Origin: a virus
Virus record (IMG/VR): IMGVR_UViG_3300032265_001317
Coordinates: 28,159-92,158 of that record
Strand: one strand, 5' to 3'
Length of the DNA: 64,000 nucleotides
Positions 1-7,380 of the stretch are shown here, piece by piece. Below the pieces are notes generated by a model. It was not told the origin of the DNA. It ran no database searches and saw only the letters and a program-made list of their open reading frames with translations. Position 1 is the first letter of the stretch; each line of letters starts with the position of its first letter. The translations under genes were made by a program, and so were the position numbers.

Positions 1-1352
1 TCAAAGATATTAGGGTCAATGTTAATACCTTTCTTGTTTAGATACAGCTTGAACTCAAGATCAAACTGTTCGTTCATTAGGGTTTGTAGTCGTTCGCAGT
101 ATTTGTTAAATCTAAGCTCTTGAATGTACGCGGTTCCAACTCGACCATCATTGAAGTTAGATCCTCCATCGTCAGAGCCGGTAGGTAGATAAGAACTAGG
201 TATGCGTAAAGCACGGAACAACTTATTAGTAAAATACTTAAGATCATCAATTTCCCCTAAATTTTGTCCACCTTGCAGGATTTCAACTTTGCTTCCGCGA
301 CCTTCTGCTGTTTGTGGAAAGAAATAGTCTTCGTTTATGCTTAATGGATTGTATCCACTGTCAATAACACTTTGACTACCACCTGTGCTACTGGGAATTC
401 TACGTTGATTCACTTCGTTTTTAACACGTTCAACAAATCCCATTGCCAAATGACTTGGCATATTACCTACGTCAATGTAAAATACTCTACGTTCAGGAGC
501 ACGTTGTACACGATAGATAATGATACTGTCTTCCAACAGTTCTTTCTGTTTGAATACTTTGAAAATACTTTCTAAAAGGCTGTTACCAAACGGAAAGTTG
601 TTGTCAATACCTTCGCTCATGCTAATATGAATCACATGTTTAGCATCAATTGCGTATTGATTTTGATTTTGACTAAAACGACCACCAGTGGTGCTGGTAG
701 GAAATGCTCCAACCATGCCACGACTTCCACCTGCTCCGCCTTGACCTGTGCCGTAACTTCCACCAAATGTGCTTCCACCACCTTGCACATTGCTAGGTTG
801 TATAGCTGTTGTAGCAAGTGTTTCTAAGTTAGGATTAAAATCACGTATCATGTATTGTTCTGGCTTCTTGCCATCGCTTTCGTTTACAATGATTTTATCT
901 ACCTTGGCAGGATCTATATACATCCATGCCAGTGTTTCTGGATCACGTACAAAAAAACTGTCACCGTATTTGAACGCATTACGTACAATTTTAAAAATAC
1001 GCTTGTCAAACTTGTTGAGCTTGGTCCATTGTTGCAGGGCCTTCTTGATAATCTTGATTTCTGTGCCGGTTGCCTTCTCTTTGAAGAAAGTTTGAAACGG
1101 TGTACGATTTTCATCGTTTGTTTGTGAACAGAACTCAGCCAAAATATCCAATGCCGCATTAACTTCTGAGTCTGCATCCATTGTATCATACTGTCCATAA
1201 CGTTCTAAACGATTTGGATGGCCAGCATAGATATCTGGCAGATAACTGCTGTAATTCATTCTAGCTGGATTTGCTGATCCACCCATTGATCCACTTATTG
1301 GACTTAGATTACCTTTGGTAGCTACGGGTGTAAAATACTTTTTCCAAGACAT
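1..1352 (-). CDS. Portal vertex protein (T4 gp20-like), 3' end runs off the window
   Basis: Not in the ORF track because it is truncated. ATG at 1352 reads MSWKKYFTPV...RYGQYDTMDADSEVNAALDILAEF...IFKIVRNAFKYGDSFF...; later LFIYRVQRAPERRVFYIDVG-like and EDYFFPQTAEGRGSKVEILQGGQNLGEIDDLKYF segments are typical of gp20. Confidence 0.88.
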   Translation of the reverse strand, partial: MSWKKYFTPVATKGNLSPISGSMGGSANPARMNYSSYLPDIYAGHPNRLERYGQYDTMDADSEVNAALDILAEFCSQTNDENRTPFQTFFKEKATGTEIKIIKKALQQWTKLNKFDKRIFKIVRNAFKYGDSFFVRDPETLAWMYIDPAKVDKIIVNESDGKKPEQYMIRDFNPNLETLATTAIQPSNVQGGGSTFGGSYGTGQGGAGGSRGMVGAFPTSTTGGRFSQNQNQYAIDAKHVIHISMSEGIDNNFPFGNSLLESIFKVFKQKELLEDSIIIYRVQRAPERRVFYIDVGNMPSHLAMGFVERVKNEVNQRRIPSSTGGSQSVIDSGYNPLSINEDYFFPQTAEGRGSKVEILQGGQNLGEIDDLKYFTNKLFRALRIPSSYLPTGSDDGGSNFNDGRVGTAYIQELRFNKYCERLQTLMNEQFDLEFKLYLNKKGINIDPNIF

Positions 1353-1365
1353 GTAATTTTCCTAA

Positions 1366-3675
1366 TTATGCAAATGCATCGCCGGACATGCCTTTTAAAG
1401 CATCATTATTACGTTTTGTGTAATCCGTCATTTCGGCTATGTATGATAGCATTTGTTTGTTTTGTGTATTTAACATGTTCATTAGGCTAGTGATAGCTTT
1501 ATCGGATTCCCCTGTACGGGCTAGTAGAGCCGCAATGCTGTCATTGGATACCACGTTGCCGCTGGCTCCTACGTTTAATAACTCTGGGCCTTTTTCACCA
1601 ACTAGATAGCTACCTGCATTGATTGGACCGCCACTGGCTTTGGGCTGTGGCATAACCGGTTTTACAATATCGTTGAAATCTTTATCTTTTACTAGTCCTT
1701 CTTTTTTGATGTCGTCAATTTGCCTTGTATAGGCTTTGACATCATTTTCGGCTATCTTTCTTTCAAACCAAGTTGAATTCTTATTTTCTAGTACTTTTTG
1801 ATTTTCAGCTAGCTTTGCAACTGCTTCTTTTAATTCTCTCTCAGCTTGTTCTTCTTTGCTACCTGAACCAAACAGCATCCTACCAAATGTGGTATTTCTT
1901 GATTCTTTGACAATAAAGTCAAGTACATCTTTGAATACTGCTCCCATACCTTTTTTAATATCATCCCAAAATCCCATTATCGCTGGCTTGATATCTTTGG
2001 CCCAAAAATCCTTGATTGCTGTACCTACTGGTCCATCCATGAATTCCTTATAGGTCTTTTTAATATTATTCCATGCTTCGGTTGCTTTAGATGATAACGT
2101 ATCAAAAAATTCTTTTGAAGTTTTTGCATTGCCAAGATCTTTGAACGCACTTCCAAGCCAGCCAGTAACATCGCCGAATGATTTTATTAATCCGTCTAAC
2201 ATTCCCGATAGTGGACCACCGTCCTTTGTTAAACCTTCGGCCATTTTCATAAATGTTTCGCTATAGCCCACCAGTTGTGTTGTTACCGGACCAAGCACTT
2301 TGTTCATCATAGCAGTTAAACCATTACCAAAATTCTGTATCGATTGATTAGCTTGTCCTAGTGCCGCGGCATTACCAGCACCTTGTTCGTCTTGACGTTT
2401 TTTTGCATTTTCATAAGCTTCGGCTATGGTAATATTGCCTTTTCTTAATTGTTGACCCATATTGATCATAGGTGCGCCAACATTGGTAAACATTTCGGCG
2501 TTCACTGCACGTTGTTGATCTGTCATACTGTTACTCCAATCAACAATATTACCGCTGGCCTTTCCTAATTTGTCTAACATTATTTTTTTTGCTTCTTCGG
2601 GAGAGTATCCTTTAATAACTAACTCTCTAGAAAGCTGTGCAATTTCTGTATACATGCCTCTGCTGGCTGTGTTTAAATCCTGTCCGGCTTTAGTGGTTGG
2701 TCCAATAATACCTTGACTTCCTAACTTGATAGCATCGGCTACCCCAGGTCCAAATGTGGCGCTAACAGTTTCTAACGAATCTAATACTGCCTTACCACCT
2801 TTGTCAAGACTACCTTTAAATAGCTGGAAGCCTTGGTCATTCATATTCTTTTTAAGTATGGCTTCAACATCAGCTTTTTGTATACCTGTTAATTTTGTCA
2901 ATCCATCAAGCTCAACCAAATAATCTTTTGTTTTTTCTGCTAGCTGGTCAGATGTCAACGCATTTTTAGTACCCATGATACCTTGCCTAGCAATAACCAT
3001 AGCTAGTCCAGCACCGGCCTCATCTGCTGTGTATCCTAGACCAAAAAGTTGTTTAGAAAATTTACTGCCAGGCCCTAACAATGCTCCGCTAGCTTGAGTA
3101 AATTTATCTATTCCGCTTTGCACATCAAACCCCATGGTTGAAAATATTTCACCGTTTTGACTTACGATTGCAGAAAATCCTTGCAATGATAATCCCGACT
3201 TGGCGGCCGCTGTACTCATGGCAAATAGATCTCCGCCAAAGCTGGCACCAGCTTTGGTCATGTTTCTATAAAATCCAGCAAGTTTATCCGCATAGTCAAA
3301 AACTTCTGCAATAATAGGAGCCAATCTACCCAGTAAAGGAATATCCTTAAACACCAACGCCAGTTGTCCCAGGGAAGCAGTACCATTCATTGCGGCTTTG
3401 GAAAAATCATAGAAATTGCCAGCTAAATCTGTTGCAGTGCCAACAATGCCGCCAATTACAGTACCTAGTAGATTAAACGGAACAGCTATTGCTTTGGCCG
3501 CAAGTCCTGCAACACTAAAACTGCTAGCGGCCGAGGAGGCTGCTGACGCCAATCCACCAGTTGGACTATTAGTAGCGGTGCCACCAGACGCTTTGATAAA
3601 ATTTGATAAGTTTACGTTCATGGCCTTAGCCACTAATAGTAGTTCTTGTAGTGTAGCTTCTGATGCACCGTTCAT
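1366..3675 (-). CDS. Tail tape-measure-like protein
   Basis: 769 aa, Ala/Gly-rich and helical with spaced Trp/Phe; C-terminal ASGGPINAGSYLVGEKGPELL motif common in tape measure proteins; adjacent to putative tail chaperones. Confidence 0.65.
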   Translation of the reverse strand: MNGASEATLQELLLVAKAMNVNLSNFIKASGGTATNSPTGGLASAASSAASSFSVAGLAAKAIAVPFNLLGTVIGGIVGTATDLAGNFYDFSKAAMNGTASLGQLALVFKDIPLLGRLAPIIAEVFDYADKLAGFYRNMTKAGASFGGDLFAMSTAAAKSGLSLQGFSAIVSQNGEIFSTMGFDVQSGIDKFTQASGALLGPGSKFSKQLFGLGYTADEAGAGLAMVIARQGIMGTKNALTSDQLAEKTKDYLVELDGLTKLTGIQKADVEAILKKNMNDQGFQLFKGSLDKGGKAVLDSLETVSATFGPGVADAIKLGSQGIIGPTTKAGQDLNTASRGMYTEIAQLSRELVIKGYSPEEAKKIMLDKLGKASGNIVDWSNSMTDQQRAVNAEMFTNVGAPMINMGQQLRKGNITIAEAYENAKKRQDEQGAGNAAALGQANQSIQNFGNGLTAMMNKVLGPVTTQLVGYSETFMKMAEGLTKDGGPLSGMLDGLIKSFGDVTGWLGSAFKDLGNAKTSKEFFDTLSSKATEAWNNIKKTYKEFMDGPVGTAIKDFWAKDIKPAIMGFWDDIKKGMGAVFKDVLDFIVKESRNTTFGRMLFGSGSKEEQAERELKEAVAKLAENQKVLENKNSTWFERKIAENDVKAYTRQIDDIKKEGLVKDKDFNDIVKPVMPQPKASGGPINAGSYLVGEKGPELLNVGASGNVVSNDSIAALLARTGESDKAITSLMNMLNTQNKQMLSYIAEMTDYTKRNNDALKGMSGDAFA

Positions 3676-3702
3676 ATATTAAATTTGGCCATTAAATAGG
3701 TA

Positions 3703-3739
3703 GATAAATAGAATAACATAATCCTATTGATTATTTATC
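3703..3739. promoter_or_regulatory. Pair of late-type promoters: GATAAATA on + (3703-3710) and on - (3732-3739)
   Basis: Inverted GATAAATA-N21-TATTTATC in the 76-bp gap between divergent structural genes; resembles the T4 late -10 element TATAAATA. Confidence 0.6.
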
Positions 3740-3751
3740 GGAGAAAAAACC

Positions 3752-4630
3752 ATGCAACCAACAACCTTTCCAACGCCAGGAGCAAGACAAAATCCGTTGA
3801 CTAGCTACATGCGTCAACCAAAGATTTATATCAAATTGCCCAGCCAAGGAAACTATTGGCCTGCAAAAAGTATCAACATGCCCGAAAATGGTGAAATCCC
3901 AGTCTACTCAATGACAGCAAGAGATGAATTGGTATTCAAAACTCCCGATGCATTGCTGAATGGACAAGCTGTAGTAGATGTTATTCAAAGTTGTATGCCA
4001 AATATCAAAGATGCATGGCAACTACCCAGCATCGATCTTGACATGATTTTAATTGCTATACGTTTGGCTACATATGGCGAAAAAATGACTATTAAACATA
4101 CCATTCCTGTTATCAAAGAAGAAGTGGAATACGAAATTGATCTTAGAATGTTATTAGATCAACAGAGCCAAAATATCTGGGCTGAACAAGTAGCGATCGA
4201 CGACAACATGATTGTGTACGTAAGACCTTTAACCTATAGACACATAACCCAGGCCAGCATCAAGAGTTTTGAAACCAGCAGGATCATGAACATGGTCAAC
4301 GATGAATCTATACCAGATGATAAAAAAATTGAAATGTTCCAACAGAGCTTTGCCATATTGACCAAAGTCACAGTTGATATGCTCAGTGAAGGAATTTACA
4401 AAATAGTGACTCCGGACGCAGAAGTAACTGATAGGAAGTTTATACAAGAGTTTGTTAATAACAGTGACAAGGTGGTGTTTGAAAAAATCAATCAACACTT
4501 ATCTGAGATGAAAAAATTAAACGATCTTAAGCCTTTGCAGTTCTCTACCACTGACGAACAAAGAGCACAAGGTGCTCCAGAAAGCTACGAAGTACCTATT
4601 AACTTCAATCAATCAGATTTTTTCGCATAA
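3752..4630 (+). CDS. Baseplate hub assembly protein / tail assembly chaperone (T4 gp26-like)
   Basis: NPL...RQPKIYIKLPSQG, VYSMTARDEL, IDLDMILIAIRLATYGE and a C-terminal DFF motif; GGAG SD at 3739-3743. Confidence 0.7.
   Translation: MQPTTFPTPGARQNPLTSYMRQPKIYIKLPSQGNYWPAKSINMPENGEIPVYSMTARDELVFKTPDALLNGQAVVDVIQSCMPNIKDAWQLPSIDLDMILIAIRLATYGEKMTIKHTIPVIKEEVEYEIDLRMLLDQQSQNIWAEQVAIDDNMIVYVRPLTYRHITQASIKSFETSRIMNMVNDESIPDDKKIEMFQQSFAILTKVTVDMLSEGIYKIVTPDAEVTDRKFIQEFVNNSDKVVFEKINQHLSEMKKLNDLKPLQFSTTDEQRAQGAPESYEVPINFNQSDFFA
4618..4624 (+). other. Putative -1 programmed ribosomal frameshift site T TTT TTC
   Basis: X XXY YYZ heptamer just before the gp26-like stop (GAT TTT TTC GCA TAA); the -1 frame (TTT TTT CGC ATA AGG CTT TTG...) is open into 4636..4854. 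Confidence 0.6.
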
Positions 4631-4635
4631 GGCTT

Positions 4636-4854
4636 TTGACTTTAACACTTGACGAAATCCAGGAAGTAGTTACAGAGTTAGAAAAAGAGTCAAAAGCCAT
4701 TAAAGAAGAAATTTACAAACTAGCCTGGTACATGCGCGGTGCTATTAGCATCACAGAAGCATACACACTTGACACTCAAGACAGAGAAATCTTGAACAAG
4801 ATTATCGTGGATAATTTACAGACTGCTAAAGAAACAGGGTTGCCGTTTTTTTAA
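4636..4854 (+). CDS. Small baseplate/tail chaperone (gp51-like); probably the frameshift extension of the upstream gene
   Basis: 72 aa, weak TTG start with no SD; LAWYMRGAISITEAYTL...R resembles gp51/gpGT-type C-terminal domains. Confidence 0.55.
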   Translation: MTLTLDEIQEVVTELEKESKAIKEEIYKLAWYMRGAISITEAYTLDTQDREILNKIIVDNLQTAKETGLPFF

Positions 4855-5975
4855 ATTTCAATACCCAAGAATCTACTTTGGTATCCGACACGACTTTCAC
4901 TTAACCCACCTTGGTGTAATTTTAAGTTAGGTTTTCCATCTGTACCAGTTGCCTGTGTTTGATCTGCTGGTTCGGCTTGCGATTGTGCTGGTTGTTCCTG
5001 TTCTGGGTGAATAGTATTAAAGTACCCTAATACTTTTTTAGCGTCATCAGATGAAAATGCCGCAACTACTTGATGTAAATCTAGCATAGACATCAATGCA
5101 CCACGTGCCATTTGATAATCTTGTTTCATGTGTGTCGGTATTGCCGCTACTTTTCCGGCGGCTGTTGCTAATGCACCCGGAGTGGCTTTAGCTATATCTG
5201 CGGCTTTGCTAGCACCTGTCTTTATACCTTGTACTGCTTGCGTACCTAGCTTACCGGCAATACGACCAGCTTTGGTCATTGTACCTGTATTAGGATTTTT
5301 AGAAAGATTGGTTGCTCTAGTTGGATCGTTGTACCCAAACTTGGCACCTTTTACAAAGTTACCAATACCTTTTTTAGCATTGCTGGCCATACCTTTGAGA
5401 TCAAATTCGTCAAGTTCTAGACTTTCTCCCATGGCCACTCGTTTCTGCAACATTGTTCTAACTCGTTCAACATCGTCGCCTTTTAGGTGTTGTAACGATG
5501 TTAATAAACTTTTATCGCTTAGTGGATTCGCTACTTCAGCTGATTTTGGTGCAGATACATCACCAGCATTGCCCATAGCGTTTGAACCCGATACAGCAGT
5601 GGAAGCACCTGTGTTATTATTTACAGCTGGAGTACCTGATACCGCCGGAGATGATCCTGTGTTATTTGGCACAGCAGTATTACCAGTTGCCGCTGTGTTA
5701 TTTGAATTATTATATGATTGTGACGAACTTCCGCCATCAAGCTGATCAGCTTGTGCTCTAAGTTTTTGTGCTTTGGCTTGATTAATAGCCTGTTTGCTGT
5801 CACCACTTACTGCACTTCTACCTGCGGTATATCCTTTACCAAATGCATCACCAGCGCCACGGATTCCACCTACTACAGCACCAGCACCTTTGGCTAGTCC
5901 TCCAGCAATAGAACCTATAGCACTTCCAATACCTTCTTCAGTATTGCTTTCTAAAATAATATCATTGATACGCAT
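4851..5975 (-). CDS. Low-complexity Gly/Ala-rich protein, putative internal head protein
   Basis: 374 aa; MRINDIILES N-terminus, several hydrophobic-x-E sites, internal repeats; TAAATA at 6004-6009 (minus) upstream. Confidence 0.5.
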   Translation of the reverse strand: MRINDIILESNTEEGIGSAIGSIAGGLAKGAGAVVGGIRGAGDAFGKGYTAGRSAVSGDSKQAINQAKAQKLRAQADQLDGGSSSQSYNNSNNTAATGNTAVPNNTGSSPAVSGTPAVNNNTGASTAVSGSNAMGNAGDVSAPKSAEVANPLSDKSLLTSLQHLKGDDVERVRTMLQKRVAMGESLELDEFDLKGMASNAKKGIGNFVKGAKFGYNDPTRATNLSKNPNTGTMTKAGRIAGKLGTQAVQGIKTGASKAADIAKATPGALATAAGKVAAIPTHMKQDYQMARGALMSMLDLHQVVAAFSSDDAKKVLGYFNTIHPEQEQPAQSQAEPADQTQATGTDGKPNLKLHQGGLSESRVGYQSRFLGIEI

Positions 5976-6016
5976 AAAAGGAATTCCTTGTCTTATTAAA
6001 TTTTATTTATGTTATG

Positions 6017-6036
6017 AAATGAGCTAACGCTCATTT
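6017..6036 (-). terminator. Hairpin, likely terminator or 3' end of the structured RNA
   Basis: Perfect 8-bp inverted repeat AAATGAGC-TAAC-GCTCATTT. Confidence 0.5.
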
Positions 6037-6452
6037 GCTATATCGCTTACGCTCATAGCATTTTATCTTCTTTAGAAGATTTAAGTATTATCCAGATTCC
6101 TTGGTCACACTTCGCCCTGCACCGGGCGAAAAAATGACATTATCCGAGTTCGAATAGTTCACACAGCGTTAGAGCATTACAGAGGCGGTCATCCGGTACC
6201 TCGAGCTCAGTCTTCATTGACGGCAGTTCATGTATATACGCTATCATACACATAAACCCAGGGTTTTTCTCCCTTCTTTTGGCCTTTTATTACATTTTCA
6301 AACAATCAAACCGCGGCAATTTTGCGATCCTCGTCCTGTAAAGGATAGTGATTGAGTACTCTTAACGGCGAGAGATTTCCGTCCCTGCGATCCGAGATCC
6401 AGGTTTAGAGCGCATGAAGTTGGCCTGCGCAAGCTGTTACCGTCTAGTGAGC
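6017..6452 (-). ncRNA. Putative large structured non-coding RNA (~440 nt), family unassigned
   Basis: Only long non-coding gap in the window, more GC-rich than its flanks, about ten nested stems; G-U pairs work on the minus strand only (14-bp stem at 6225-6258 with 4 G-U). Confidence 0.6.
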
Positions 6453-6881
6453 CTAAGTTTTTTTGATTATGTGTGAGCCATGTACACGGACTTGTATGTG
6501 TCCATTGTAGTATTCGTCGGATTCTAATACCTTGCGGTCGAATTGTTCTCGGGCCTCAATGTAAGATGTTTCTGATTTGCTAGTACAATAATATAATATT
6601 TCGCGGGTAAATTTATCTATGCCTAGTTGTGTGATGTCTGCTGTTAAGTTAGGACTGGACCCGTAATATTCCTGCCAGTCACTGTCGATTTTGCTTCGAA
6701 TTTTCTTTTTCTTCTTGGTGCCGTTCTTTAACTTTACAGTCTTGTAGGTCGTTTTACTAAACTTTGCTAATTTTTTGCCAATATATTTCCGCCCCGTAAC
6801 TGTGTTAGTAATAAGATAAACAAAACCAACACATGTTTCAGGTAACTCTGTAACTATAGCACCTTGATACAGCCAAGTCAA
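6453..6881 (-). CDS. GIY-YIG endonuclease (T4 endonuclease II/Seg-like)
   Basis: GFVYLITN...KYIGKK, YYGSS, conserved E (YIEAREQ) and N (YYNGHI); Lys-rich insertion. Confidence 0.8.
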   Translation of the reverse strand: MTWLYQGAIVTELPETCVGFVYLITNTVTGRKYIGKKLAKFSKTTYKTVKLKNGTKKKKKIRSKIDSDWQEYYGSSPNLTADITQLGIDKFTREILYYCTSKSETSYIEAREQFDRKVLESDEYYNGHIQVRVHGSHIIKKT

Positions 6882-7079
6882 TTACTTTGCTGCCTTGGCT
6901 TCCTTGCGGGCATTCTTTTCAGCTGTGATTTCGTTGCGACGAGCTTTGACTAGTTTGCCTAGTTCTGCTAATGCCTTGCGACTGCGTGTGCCAGCGGCAC
7001 TGTTACCACCGGTAAACTTAGCATCTTCTGCTAGGAATTCTGCAAAAGCGGCTTGTAGTTGTGTATTGGTATCATTCAT
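6882..7079 (-). CDS. Histone H1-like (Hc1-type) nucleoid protein
   Basis: GNSAAGTRSRKALAEL motif typical of the Hc1-like family; 65 aa, basic. Confidence 0.7.
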   Translation of the reverse strand: MNDTNTQLQAAFAEFLAEDAKFTGGNSAAGTRSRKALAELGKLVKARRNEITAEKNARKEAKAAK

Positions 7080-7380
7080 GTTTATTCTCTTTTTTATTAT
7101 GAACCCTGGGCGGTGAGTTTAATTTTCGAAGTGCAACAGTTTCTTTTTTTAAACGTCTGGCTTCGGCCCTTCCTTTTTTCTCAATTAGAAATAAATCCCA
7201 AACTAATGAGAGCATCTCTTTCTCTGTCTTTCTAAGTTCTCTCAACATCCTTCTAAGATCTTGAGCTCCTAGTTCTGTAGTTTTTTTTAAGAAATCTTGA
7301 TTCCTGTTATGATAGTTGGCAATGGTGGTAACCATGCTGTTGTATAATTCTTTATATCTTTCAAGTTCAGGATTCGACAT
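7072..7380 (-). CDS. Basic helical hypothetical protein, possible divergent Hc1 paralogue
   Basis: 102 aa, Lys/Arg-rich, overlaps both neighbours. Confidence 0.5.
   Translation of the reverse strand: MSNPELERYKELYNSMVTTIANYHNRNQDFLKKTTELGAQDLRRMLRELRKTEKEMLSLVWDLFLIEKKGRAEARRLKKETVALRKLNSPPRVHNKKENKHE

Noticed and set aside
372-1198. Six short ORFs in the track
   Set aside because: They are shadows of the truncated portal gene (1..1352, minus), which the track omitted.
5128-5745. 205-aa plus-strand ORF
   Set aside because: Antisense shadow of the low-complexity gene; no SD or recognisable motifs.
6017-6452. tRNA, tmRNA, RNase P, group I intron or hammerhead identity for the structured element
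   Set aside because: No cloverleaf or CCA end, no RNase P GAGGAAAGUCC core, no group I R/S elements or interrupted host gene, and no CUGAUGA core found by eye.
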